DNA from: a virus
Virus record (IMG/VR): IMGVR_UViG_3300033981_002321
Location: 1 to 64,000 of that record
Length of the DNA: 64,000 bases
Strand: one strand, 5' to 3'
Position numbers and translations under genes: made by a program. Shown here one piece after another: positions 55,579 to 64,000 of the stretch (its first letter is position 1; each line of letters opens with the position of its first letter). The notes below the pieces were generated by a model. The model made no database searches, was not told the DNA's origin, and saw only the letters and a program-made list of their open reading frames with translations.

Positions 55579-55869
55579 GTGAGAAACGAATTTCGCTACA
55601 ACAGGAGGTATGGGCGCAGAACTGTTGCAAAGTGGTCTCGCGGGGGTTACAGAAGCCGCCGCGCTGCCTCTTCTTCAACACGTTCTTATGCGAGAACCAG
55701 AGGCTATTCTTCTTCTCGTCCCACACCTTCTTCTGTTCAGCCAGTTTCCTCTCCCGTTCCTCGTGGAAGCGGAGCCTCCTATCGGCCTAGCAACGAGTCT
55801 TCTCCGCTAATTGGAATTTTTATTTTACTGTTGGCGGCTTTGCTGGGTCTATTGCTTTCTTTTTTTTGA
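55579..55869 (+). CDS. Arg/Ser-rich protein with a C-terminal TM anchor
   Basis: ORF track; R/S/Y-rich, then LIGIFILLLAALLGLLLSFF. Confidence 0.5.
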   Translation: MRNEFRYNRRYGRRTVAKWSRGGYRSRRAASSSTRSYARTRGYSSSRPTPSSVQPVSSPVPRGSGASYRPSNESSPLIGIFILLLAALLGLLLSFF

Positions 55870-55883
55870 GCCATCCTTTTGCC

Positions 55884-55912
55884 GCCCCCTCCTCTTCCCG
55901 GAGGGGGCTTTA
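55884..55912 (+). terminator. Intrinsic terminator
   Basis: GCCCCCTCC-N7-GGAGGGGGC-TTT. Confidence 0.7.
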
Positions 55913-55937
55913 TTGTATGGGTAGCTGACTTTCCTCA

Positions 55938-56084
55938 ATGCCTTTGAAGAAAGGGCGATCGGCCAAAACTATTTCTCAAAACATCAAAAAACTGAGAGAA
56001 GAGGGCTATAGTCAGTCTCAGGCTGCTGCTATAGCTTACAGTCAGGCTGGTAAGTCACGCAAAAAGAAACCCAAGAGGAAGTGA
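55938..56084 (+). CDS. 48-aa basic microprotein
   Basis: [48 protein letters not shown]. Confidence 0.75.
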   Translation: MPLKKGRSAKTISQNIKKLREEGYSQSQAAAIAYSQAGKSRKKKPKRK

Positions 56085-56085
56085 C

Positions 56086-56238
56086 ATGGCCAAGCGCGGA
56101 CTGTATTCCAACATCAACGCAAAGCGAAAGCGTATTGCGGCTGGGGCGAAAGAGCGGAAGGCTCGCCCAGGGGAAAAGGATTATCCTGACAAGGGAGCTT
56201 TTAAGCGCTCTGCAAAAACCGCCAAGAAGAAAAAGTAA
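56086..56238 (+). CDS. 50-aa basic microprotein
   Basis: MAKRGLYSNINAKRKRIAAG...AFKRSAKTAKKKK*. Confidence 0.75.
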   Translation: MAKRGLYSNINAKRKRIAAGAKERKARPGEKDYPDKGAFKRSAKTAKKKK

Positions 56239-56571
56239 ATGGCTGTTCCAGAAAGAGTTAAAAACAAAATGAAAGAGCTTGGGCTCTCGGGGGTGAACAA
56301 GCCCAAGAAAACTCCTGGCCATAAAACAAAGTCTCATGTCGTAATGGCAAAGGAGGGTGATACCTATAAAGTAGTTCGCTTTGGGCAGCAAGGTGTTGAA
56401 GGCGCTGGGGGCAGTCCTGGGACGGAGGCTGAAAAAGCCAGGCGTCGAAGCTATTATGCAAGGCATAACGCGCAAGGCAAGCCAACAAGCAAGCTATCTG
56501 CTAAGTATTGGAGCCATAAAGTTAAATGGATTCTTCTTTTATCTCTCCTGCCTCTTAATCATTTCTTTTAA
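56239..56571 (+). CDS. Basic phage protein (VVRFGQQG...YYARH...YWSHKVKW)
   Basis: ORF track. Confidence 0.75.
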   Translation: MAVPERVKNKMKELGLSGVNKPKKTPGHKTKSHVVMAKEGDTYKVVRFGQQGVEGAGGSPGTEAEKARRRSYYARHNAQGKPTSKLSAKYWSHKVKWILLLSLLPLNHFF

Positions 56572-56730
56572 TTCAGTTACATGCTTTCTTAGCTCTCTTG
56601 TCTTCTCCAGGTGCCATATATTGTTTGTTTGAAAATACATCGTATTGTGAGTATCAATCGCTTTCAGTGCCTCTCTAATGAAGTCGTTCCACGGCTCTCT
56701 GCGAGCGGTGTTGTACTCTCTTCTCGACAT
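56539..56730 (-). CDS. Small conserved cyanophage-type protein
   Basis: RE.NT..REPWN..I...LKAID.H...WH...A..LR. Confidence 0.65.
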   Translation of the reverse strand: MSRREYNTARREPWNDFIREALKAIDTHNTMYFQTNNIWHLEKTRELRKHVTELKEMIKRQER

Positions 56731-56787
56731 GGCTGGGTCTCGGCTGTCATGGCTATTCTGATGTAGGGCACTCTACTCAGACGCACC

Positions 56788-57078
56788 ATGAGCTACAAAA
56801 CTGATCGCAATGTGATTGGAAGGCAAATCACTTCTGCTGTTGAAGAGGTGATTACGGCTCTTCGTATTGCCTATGACGCTGGCATGGCAAGTGGTAGCAT
56901 CTATGTGATTCCTGCCGCCTTTACAAGGGCCAATCTTGTTGAGCTTTTTGCTGGCCTTCCTACCGTAACCGGAACTCAGACCCTGGACATCAGTGGCACC
57001 ACTGGTAATGCCACTGTTTCTACTGGCGAGAAGGCTGTTGCCACCGGCAAAGGTTGGACCCTTGATGTGACTCCTTGA
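56788..57078 (+). CDS. Small virion-type protein
   Basis: LF..LPTV......DISG..G....KA.AT.KGWT. Confidence 0.7.
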   Translation: MSYKTDRNVIGRQITSAVEEVITALRIAYDAGMASGSIYVIPAAFTRANLVELFAGLPTVTGTQTLDISGTTGNATVSTGEKAVATGKGWTLDVTP

Positions 57079-57102
57079 CCACACCTACAGCTTCTCGCCT
57101 CC

Positions 57103-57124
57103 GCCCCCTTTTGGGGGCTTTTTA
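57103..57124 (+). terminator. Intrinsic terminator
   Basis: GCCCCC-tttt-GGGGGC-TTTTT. Confidence 0.75.
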
Positions 57125-57318
57125 TTGCTCGTGTGATTTCCTGCTATAGTGACGATGTAGGGCTTCTTCGTTGCAGTGCTTCGAGGATGCTGTCGCGGCA
57201 GTGCCGCAATCTTTTTTCTTGGTGTTGAGAGAGCGCTGGCGTTTGACGCCCCTCATCTCTGTCGGCTGTGCCGAGCCTCGAACCTGTTCAAGCAACTCTT
57301 CCTTTTGAGGCTAAAGCC

Positions 57319-58302
57319 ATGCTGCTCGCTGGTGTTCCTTTTATCCCACAGCTCTTCCTGGAATACCAGCAGGAAGAGGTTCAAGACCGTAATCAACTGG
57401 TCAATTCCGGCCTGATGGTGACGAATGACGCCATCCAGGCTGAGTTCGCCAAAGGCGGCAAAACCATTGACCTTCCCTTCTTCGGTGATCTCTCGGGAGA
57501 TTCCGAGATCCTGAACGACTCTGTTGGCCTGACCCCCTCGGTACTGGCTGGCGATCTGCAGACCGGCGTTCGCAACGTGCGTGGCCGTGCCTGGAGCGCT
57601 TCCGACCTGGCTGGTGAGCTGGCTGGCTCCGACCCCATGCAGGCCATTGCTCGTCGCACTGGTCAGTATTGGGTGCGGGACATGCAGAAGACCATGATCA
57701 GCATCCTGCGCGGCATGTTCGTTGCTGGGGGTCCCCTGGCCACCAGCCACGCCGTTGGTGGCACTTCCACCGCCCTGAGCCAGTCGGCCATGGTGAGCGG
57801 TATTGCCAAGCTGGGCGACGCCGGTCAGGAGCTGACGGGCATCCTGATGCGCTCTCCGGTGTATTACGCCCTCATGAACCTGGATCTGATCGTTCCTGCG
57901 AGCCAGACCAGTCAGCTGGATACCCGCCTCTCCCGCGAGCGTCTTGAGCTGGGCACCTACCTGGGCCGTCCCGTGTTCGTGGACGACACTCTCCCCTACG
58001 ACGCTGGTGCAGGCACTGGTGGCGCAGACGTTCATCACACCTACTTCTTCGGTCCTGGTGCTTTCGCTTATGCGACTGCCCCTGCCAAGACTCCGGTGGA
58101 AACTGATCGCGACACCCTGAAGGCCGTTGACTTCCTGATCAACCGTACTCACTATCTGGTGCATCCCAATGGCATCAGCTGGACTGGTAATGCTGTCGGC
58201 AACTCGCCCAGTAACACTGAGCTTGCTACTGGTGCCAACTGGTCCAAGGTGTTTACCGATGATCGGAACATTCGCCTGACTCAGCTTCGCTGCTACGTGT
58301 GA
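57319..58302 (+). CDS. Major capsid protein
   Basis: GGKTIDLPFFGDL.G, AW.ASDLA..LAGSDPM.AI, YLG..V.VDD..P, HP.G.SW; GAGG RBS; strong codon bias; start moved to MLLAG. Confidence 0.9.
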   Translation: MLLAGVPFIPQLFLEYQQEEVQDRNQLVNSGLMVTNDAIQAEFAKGGKTIDLPFFGDLSGDSEILNDSVGLTPSVLAGDLQTGVRNVRGRAWSASDLAGELAGSDPMQAIARRTGQYWVRDMQKTMISILRGMFVAGGPLATSHAVGGTSTALSQSAMVSGIAKLGDAGQELTGILMRSPVYYALMNLDLIVPASQTSQLDTRLSRERLELGTYLGRPVFVDDTLPYDAGAGTGGADVHHTYFFGPGAFAYATAPAKTPVETDRDTLKAVDFLINRTHYLVHPNGISWTGNAVGNSPSNTELATGANWSKVFTDDRNIRLTQLRCYV

Positions 58303-58323
58303 CCCCTGGTTGCACTACTGCTG

Positions 58324-58362
58324 GGCCCTGCTGGCATTTAATATGCTGGTGGGGCCTTTTTC
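58324..58362 (+). terminator. Intrinsic terminator after the capsid gene
   Basis: GGCCCTGCTGGCAT-ttaat-ATGCTGGTGGGGCC-TTTTT. Confidence 0.8.
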
Positions 58363-58384
58363 TTACTCAATCGCAAAACAAGCC

Positions 58385-58618
58385 ATGTCCATGATTACTT
58401 TCCGTCTTGCTCGTGAAGCGCAAGAGCGCAAAGCTCAAGAAGAGGTGCAGAGTGCTTCGCCTGTGGAGTCTCTGGCAGAAGAGGCTCCTGTTGCTGAATG
58501 CTCGATCAAGCCTCCGGTTGAATCGAAGCCCGCTGAGCCAAAGCCCGTGCAGGCGAAAGCCCCTGTCACTTCTGCGGCTAAGGTGAAAGCAGCCCCTGGT
58601 GTCACTTCGTCTAAGTGA
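58385..58618 (+). CDS. Small A/P/E/K-rich protein after the capsid gene
   Basis: MSMITFRLARE..., internal ATG of the track ORF. Confidence 0.6.
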   Translation: MSMITFRLAREAQERKAQEEVQSASPVESLAEEAPVAECSIKPPVESKPAEPKPVQAKAPVTSAAKVKAAPGVTSSK

Positions 58619-58626
58619 TTGCGTGA

Positions 58627-59289
58627 ATGGCCTTCGTTTCCACTCTTGGGGCGTCTAACGCCAATTCTTTTGTGAGTGCAGCGAGGGCCACTTCGCTTCT
58701 TTCTGACTTGCCGCAAAGCCCAGGTATTACTTCCTGGCTTGCTCTTGGCAGCCAACAAAAAGAGCAGACGCTTGTGGGGGCGACGATGGCAATCAACCCT
58801 CTCAAGTGGAAGGGGGCCTTGGTTGATCCTCAGCAGTCTCTCGCCTGGCCTCGATACATCAAGATCGATGGGCGAATTCTTCCGAGTGACGAGCTTCCAC
58901 TTGACTTTGAAATTGCTGTCTCCTACATGGCGGCCTTTCTTACTACAACCGGGGGTTATGCAGGCATTGGGGCTGATAACGATGGCGGTGTTTTGCTGAA
59001 AGAGAACGATCAGTACGATGAAGTGAATCTCGGCAGTGGGTCTCTTCAGGTTAAGTATCGAGACCGAGACACTGTGCAGTCGGGCTTTGAGTTTATTCCA
59101 CCATTTGTGATGGATATTCTTTCAAAGTATATCATTGATAGCAGTTTTCACCAGTCTCATCTTACGAAAGGCAGTTCCGCCAGGATTGACAAGTATTACG
59201 CTGCCGGGGCTTTTAGGGGGCGACGTGTAACCTTTGCGGGCGGCATGGTTTATCCGGTTTCTGGGGGTTGGTATAGCAATCCTCTTTGA
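58627..59289 (+). CDS. Head-tail adaptor (DnaT-like family)
   Basis: GASNANSFVS...A, W.G......Q.LAWPR. Confidence 0.8.
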   Translation: MAFVSTLGASNANSFVSAARATSLLSDLPQSPGITSWLALGSQQKEQTLVGATMAINPLKWKGALVDPQQSLAWPRYIKIDGRILPSDELPLDFEIAVSYMAAFLTTTGGYAGIGADNDGGVLLKENDQYDEVNLGSGSLQVKYRDRDTVQSGFEFIPPFVMDILSKYIIDSSFHQSHLTKGSSARIDKYYAAGAFRGRRVTFAGGMVYPVSGGWYSNPL

Positions 59290-59295
59290 TTTCTT

Positions 59296-59673
59296 ATGTC
59301 TCTTGCTGATCGCGTATTTGGGAAGATTCCGGGGCCGCTGATTGCTCAGTGGGGAATTTCTGGCACTTATATTAAGTCATCTCAGAATCAGCAGTATGAC
59401 CCATATACCGGGACGGTAATGGGGTGTGACTCGGAGGTTCCTATCAAGCTTCTTCCGACTCAACTCAGGCCGGAAGAGGTGCAGGGGCTTTATCAGATGA
59501 CAGATGTGAAGATTCTGATCTCGGCTTCGTCACTCGGAGAGTATTATCCGAGAACTACTGATTCTGTGCGATATTTGCAAGATGGGGCGCAGAGAACAGC
59601 AAAGATTGTTGGCATTATGTCCTATCGAGGGGATAATCCTATACTGCATGTAGTTGTTGGGAGGTTGAGCTGA
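59296..59673 (+). CDS. Head closure/stopper protein
   Basis: YDP.TG, D.KILI; synteny. Confidence 0.7.
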   Translation: MSLADRVFGKIPGPLIAQWGISGTYIKSSQNQQYDPYTGTVMGCDSEVPIKLLPTQLRPEEVQGLYQMTDVKILISASSLGEYYPRTTDSVRYLQDGAQRTAKIVGIMSYRGDNPILHVVVGRLS

Positions 59674-60308
59674 TGCCCAGAAGAATGAGGGGCGCAACAC
59701 CAAGGCAGGTTGCTTCTTATCGGGCTAGAAACCTGAGAAGAAACGCAGAGGAGCAGGAAAAAATTCTTACAAGGCTCATAGCTCGATCTATCCAGGAAGT
59801 TGCAGTTCGCTCCATGAATGGCCTGGCCGAGGCTGGTCCTGCATGGAGCGGTGAATTTGCTGCTTCCTGGGGTTTTTCTCCTGCTGGACAAAGGCCACAG
59901 ATTGCCGATGGAGGATCTACTGGCCCCGAGGGGGTTAAAAAGTACACGAAAAACGATGCGCCGGTTAGGCGCATTGAGCGCTACCTGGCAAATGGCGTAT
60001 CAAGATTTAATATTGTCAACGTATCTGATCACGCAGAAAAGGCCGTTGATGGTAAAAGGGGAAAGTTTGTCCGCCCAAATAATGCACCCATAAAGGAAAA
60101 AGCTTTAGAGCTTGGCACAGCCAGAGATAATCCAAGCTTTCGTCATGAGATTGGAGATTCTTTCAATGGTCAGTTGCGGGATGCTCCTGCCGCCAGGACG
60201 GCTGAACAGGATTGGCTCGATAACTACGCCAAGGGCGGGCCCTTGCAAAAAGATCTTGCCGATGGCGTCTCATTTGCCTTTAGCGATGTAGATATGTTTT
60301 CTCCGTGA
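59673..60308 (+). CDS. Neck/tail-completion protein
   Basis: GPAWSGEF..SW; synteny. Confidence 0.65.
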   Translation: MPRRMRGATPRQVASYRARNLRRNAEEQEKILTRLIARSIQEVAVRSMNGLAEAGPAWSGEFAASWGFSPAGQRPQIADGGSTGPEGVKKYTKNDAPVRRIERYLANGVSRFNIVNVSDHAEKAVDGKRGKFVRPNNAPIKEKALELGTARDNPSFRHEIGDSFNGQLRDAPAARTAEQDWLDNYAKGGPLQKDLADGVSFAFSDVDMFSP

Positions 60309-60808
60309 CGGTCATGCCAGATCAAATACTTAATGGCTTAACCGAATACCAGCGTATCAGAGCCGCTATTGAAGCGCCTCTGTTGACTGCTTTTAATTCT
60401 CAGGTTCCACCTGTGCCGGTCTATTTTGACAATATCACTGCTGTTCCGCCTGACCCTCCGAAGGAGTATGTTCGCATCAATCTTACTTTTGGGTTGATGA
60501 ACGAGTCAGGCATATCTCAAACGGTGAAAAACGCGAGAGGGGCTCTTATTGTTCGCTGTTTCGCTCCTCTTGGGGGTGGGCCTGCGAGATGCCAGGAGCT
60601 TATTGGCATTGCAGCAAAAGTCATTACTCAGCTTGGGGCGACAAAAAAGAATGTCGATCAAGTGTTTGTAAGGACTGGGCCAATTACTGGGCCTGACTTT
60701 ATTAGGGAGAGAGCGGAATCAATTGAGCCATCTCTTTCATCCTATTCGCCTCACTTTATGGGCAAGATCTCTGCTGGTTGGCAGGCTATGGTGCCCTGCT
60801 CTGAGTGA
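60305..60808 (+). CDS. Tail terminator-like protein
   Basis: VYFDN, G.L.VR.F.P.G.G; synteny. Confidence 0.65.
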   Translation: MTVMPDQILNGLTEYQRIRAAIEAPLLTAFNSQVPPVPVYFDNITAVPPDPPKEYVRINLTFGLMNESGISQTVKNARGALIVRCFAPLGGGPARCQELIGIAAKVITQLGATKKNVDQVFVRTGPITGPDFIRERAESIEPSLSSYSPHFMGKISAGWQAMVPCSE

Positions 60809-60872
60809 TCGGCCACGGCTATTCTGAATGTAACCGGGCAGTGCCCGTACTGCTGTTCTGTGTAAAGCAATC

Positions 60873-61625
60873 ATGACTTGCGACACTACGGTGCTTACCG
60901 GCACTTCCGGGGCTTTTTACTACAAGCCCGCCAACACTGAAGCCTGTCTTCTCGCCACCGCCTTTCCCGCCACCGGCTCCAACATCACCGTTGGCGTCTT
61001 TCTTGGTTTTCGAGTGAATGATCCCATCACTCTTAGCTATCCGGTGGGTTCGACCACTACCAACGCAATTGCTGCTGGCGACTATTTCGTCAAAACCTAC
61101 GATCCCACTACGGGCGTGATGACGATTAGCACCACCGCTGGTGGCACTGCTGCAACTGCGACTGCTCAACCTTCTGGTTTTGGGGCGGCCAAGGCGAAGA
61201 TTGTCTACAAGGGCTTCAGTGTTGTTGGGCAGGTTCGTGATTGGAGTTTTGAGATCACTCGCTCCGAGATCGACGTGACCACCATTGGTCAGGGCACCGG
61301 GCAGTATGCACCGTTCCGTAAGTACGTCACTGGCTTTGCAGATGGTAGTGGCACGGCCACTATCTATACCACCGACGAAGAGGAGTCCATCGCCAACCGC
61401 ATGATTGAGGATGTAATTCAGCGTCGTCAAACTGGTGCTGCGGTGAAGCTGTATATCGATCAGGTGTTCTCTGGTGGCACTCTTAGCGACTCGCTGAGTC
61501 GTTCGATTGAGAGCAAGATCGTTTTGACTTCTGCAAGTCTGAACGTCAACCCCGATGATGCTCAGTCGATTTCGATCAACTTCCGTCCGAGCGAAGCTCC
61601 TACTTTTGACCTGACGAAATCCTGA
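60873..61625 (+). CDS. Tail tube (major tail) protein
   Basis: VGQVRDWSFEITRSEIDVTTIG...GFADGSG; followed by a terminator. Confidence 0.85.
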   Translation: MTCDTTVLTGTSGAFYYKPANTEACLLATAFPATGSNITVGVFLGFRVNDPITLSYPVGSTTTNAIAAGDYFVKTYDPTTGVMTISTTAGGTAATATAQPSGFGAAKAKIVYKGFSVVGQVRDWSFEITRSEIDVTTIGQGTGQYAPFRKYVTGFADGSGTATIYTTDEEESIANRMIEDVIQRRQTGAAVKLYIDQVFSGGTLSDSLSRSIESKIVLTSASLNVNPDDAQSISINFRPSEAPTFDLTKS

Positions 61626-61646
61626 ATATCTCAGGCATTGATCTGC

Positions 61647-61675
61647 GGCCCCTCCTCCGGGAGGGGTTTTTCTTT
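61647..61675 (+). terminator. Intrinsic terminator
   Basis: GGCCCCTCC-tccg-GGAGGGGTT-TTTCTTT. Confidence 0.8.
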
Positions 61676-61717
61676 GTCTGGGCCTGGGACTGGCTAGATT
61701 GACTGTGTAGCAGCCGA

Positions 61718-62401
61718 GTGAGCATGTCTGCAGGGGCTTTTCTGATTGGTAGAGGGCCTGACGGGAATGATCTTCCGGTCACTGTTACCGATGAAGGTTT
61801 TTTGAAAGTTGATATTCAAGGTGCAACACTCAGCCTGGATGCTGCTGGTGTTGAGATTGCGAATGATACTGGCAATCCAATTCCTGTTAGTGATGCTGGC
61901 AGCAGCCTGACTGTTGACGGAAAGACTTACCACGCTGCGGTGACGATCACTCGCCCGAGCAACACCACTGCGTATGCCGCTGGTGACGTGGTGGGTGACA
62001 CCGGCGGCAGCGCCATTCTGACCCTGCCCAGCATCGGGCCCAGTGGCGGCTCTGTGCTGATTCAGAGCGTATCGCTGGTGTTCAGCGATGCAGCGGTAAT
62101 CAGCAGCATGGGAGCATTCCGGTTGCATTTCTACCAGTCAAGTCCGACTGCTATTGCAGATAACGCCGCCTTTGATCTGGTGAGTGGTGAACGCGCAAGC
62201 TACATGGGCTATGTTGACATCCCTGCGCCGCTGGATTTTGGCAGCAGCCTATATGCCCAGGCGGACTACCCCGGTCGGTTGATCAAACTGGCATCGGCCA
62301 GCACGACGCTCTACGCCGAGCTTGAAACGCGAGGGGCATACACACCGGCATCGGCCAGCACGATCTCGGTGCGTGTGGCGGCAATGGAGACTGGTCTGTG
62401 A
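61718..62401 (+). CDS. Virion (head/tail fibre-associated) protein
   Basis: EIAND.GNPIPVS; TRP.NTTAY.AGDVVG motif. Confidence 0.75.
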   Translation: MSMSAGAFLIGRGPDGNDLPVTVTDEGFLKVDIQGATLSLDAAGVEIANDTGNPIPVSDAGSSLTVDGKTYHAAVTITRPSNTTAYAAGDVVGDTGGSAILTLPSIGPSGGSVLIQSVSLVFSDAAVISSMGAFRLHFYQSSPTAIADNAAFDLVSGERASYMGYVDIPAPLDFGSSLYAQADYPGRLIKLASASTTLYAELETRGAYTPASASTISVRVAAMETGL

Positions 62402-64000
62402 CGCTGGCGCTGCCATCTAGGCGTGCTGCACTGCTGCCTGGCCGGTGGGTCAGCAACGACCTCTGGCGCCGCGCCCGTGCTGTGCCATCACTGTCCCTGC
62501 AGTTCGCCGCAACCCGCTCGATGGTCGATGTGATCTCTGGGCGGAACTTGATCACGCACACCAGGCTGAGTGGTGCCACGACCATCAACGAGCTGGGGCG
62601 GGTTGCGCCTGCGGTGACGAATCTGCTGCTGCAGTCCGAAGATTTTACAACGACATGGCTGACGGGTAATTATGTCGTTACACCTAATGCGGCAATAGCG
62701 CCATCGGGCTTGCTAACGGCTGACAAGCTCGTCAGAGACACAGTTGTTACGGCAACGAGCGCATCGCAAAGCGTCGCATGTCTCGCAAATACGACATCCA
62801 CTCTCAGCTGTTTTGTCAAGGCAGCTGAATGGTCAAAGTTCGGACTCAGGGAAGGGTTCGCTACGGGAAACTATGTAACTTTTGACCTTGTTACTGCGTC
62901 AGTCATATCCTCTAGCGGAGCCACCGGGACCATCACGGCCTTCCCAGATGGGTGGTATCGCGTGGCAATGCAAATGACAACCCAGGTGGGGCAGACAACC
63001 TTTGGAGCCAGGATCAACCCACTCCCTAATTCCTATGTAAGCGGCACGCCTTTGTATGGTTTCGCGGGTGATAACACCTCCGGCCTATTCGTCTGGGGCG
63101 CCCAACTAGAGCAATCCGCCACCATGGGCGAATACGTCCCCACTGGTGCAAGCATCAACAGCGCACCCAGGATCACCCACGACCCGGTGACGCTGGAGTG
63201 CTTGGGGTTCCTGCCGGAGGAGCAGAAGGCGAATCTGACACCTAGAAGTGAAGAGTTTAATGATGCAACGTGGGTAAAAGCTAGGGCTTCAATTACGGCC
63301 AATGCCGCCGCGTCCCCCAGCGGAGCGATTACGGCAGACAAATTAGTAGAAGACAATACCGCTAATAATACGCACGTTGCCGTCCAAGTCTTTACGTTTG
63401 CTGCAACAACGTATACGCTATCTATTTTTGCAAAAGCTGCTGAACGTTCATGGGTGCGCCTATTTGCATTTGACGGAGTAACGAACTTTGGCTGTTACTT
63501 CAATCTTTCGGCAGGCACCGTAGGAACCGCAGTCGCCTCTACGGGCTTCATTAGCCCACTCGCAAATGGTTGGTTCCGATGCGTAATGACGTTTACAGCC
63601 GCAGCGGGAACAGGGACTTATGCGGCTCGCCTGGCGACAGGAGACGGGGCGGACGTTTATACCGGCGACGGCACTTCCGGCCTATTCGTCTGGGGCGCCC
63701 AACTAGAGGTCGGCGGCCTGACCAGCTACATCCCAACAGCCGGAAGCTCTGTCGTGCGTGCCGCTGATGCGGTGTCAATCACGGGGGCGAACTTCAGTAG
63801 CTGGTATCGGCAGGATGAGGGGACGATCTATGTAGATGGCCGCAGGAGTGACCTAAACCACACCGCATCTGCATGGTTCCTGGCAATGTCAACAGGGGTT
63901 GCAACGACAAGGCTACAGCTTGGCTTTGATTTCCCCGCAAACGGAAATTATGCCATCGTGTCCTCAGGCACTCTTCAAGGTGATGTCTATCCTTTGGTAA
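62398..64000 (+). CDS. Fibre/spike protein with two CBM-like repeats (runs off the window)
   Basis: GTG overlapping the upstream stop; open to the window end; repeated TNLL..SE.F...W...TADKL...GW.R...SGLFVWGAQLE; SYIPT...RAAD. Confidence 0.85.
   Translation, partial: MTLALPSRRAALLPGRWVSNDLWRRARAVPSLSLQFAATRSMVDVISGRNLITHTRLSGATTINELGRVAPAVTNLLLQSEDFTTTWLTGNYVVTPNAAIAPSGLLTADKLVRDTVVTATSASQSVACLANTTSTLSCFVKAAEWSKFGLREGFATGNYVTFDLVTASVISSSGATGTITAFPDGWYRVAMQMTTQVGQTTFGARINPLPNSYVSGTPLYGFAGDNTSGLFVWGAQLEQSATMGEYVPTGASINSAPRITHDPVTLECLGFLPEEQKANLTPRSEEFNDATWVKARASITANAAASPSGAITADKLVEDNTANNTHVAVQVFTFAATTYTLSIFAKAAERSWVRLFAFDGVTNFGCYFNLSAGTVGTAVASTGFISPLANGWFRCVMTFTAAAGTGTYAARLATGDGADVYTGDGTSGLFVWGAQLEVGGLTSYIPTAGSSVVRAADAVSITGANFSSWYRQDEGTIYVDGRRSDLNHTASAWFLAMSTGVATTRLQLGFDFPANGNYAIVSSGTLQGDVYPLV

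Noticed and set aside
57253-58164. Long antisense ORFs (here and 54646..55218, 60819..61430, 7389..8087)
   Set aside because: Codon-bias shadows of well-supported genes on the other strand
1-64000. tRNA/rRNA genes, integrase, transposase
   Set aside because: None recognised by eye; tRNAscan-SE or ARAGORN would be needed to exclude atypical tRNAs

Overview
A 64 kb piece of a large dsDNA tailed phage with siphovirus-type head, neck and tail-tube genes. It is most likely a cyanophage of a Synechococcus/Cyanobium-like host; the host is inferred from gene-family resemblance, not proven. Layout: (1) 1-27.5 kb, mostly minus-strand small modular genes. These include a pentapeptide-repeat protein, a GH-A-like TIM barrel, a SLOG/DprA-like protein, an RlaP-like nucleotidyltransferase and an AEP primase/Rep. 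A detached plus-strand virion/fibre module lies at 9.1-13.9 kb. (2) 27.5-46 kb, a plus-strand early/host-takeover region of about 50 short genes driven by a repeated sigma70 promoter + 5' hairpin cassette. (3) 46.8-50.6 kb, putative TerS, an HTH protein, a strand-biased repeat tract and an isolated gene with a structured leader (possible genome end, pac or ori). (4) 50.7-64 kb, thyX, terL, portal, scaffold, major capsid, neck, tail tube and a fibre gene running off the window. The best candidate for an undescribed system is a promoter-to-terminator, ~390-nt, heavily base-paired non-coding RNA (14216-14605). It ends in a CCA-tailed minihelix and converges on the nucleotidyltransferase gene. Also notable: a strongly over-represented CGCCCC/GGGGCG word that is built into the early promoters, a second promoter class with a GCACC-N3-GGTGC operator, and GC(A/U)GUGC hairpins in the capsid and tail-tube leaders. 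All calls are by eye, with no database searches or folding software.
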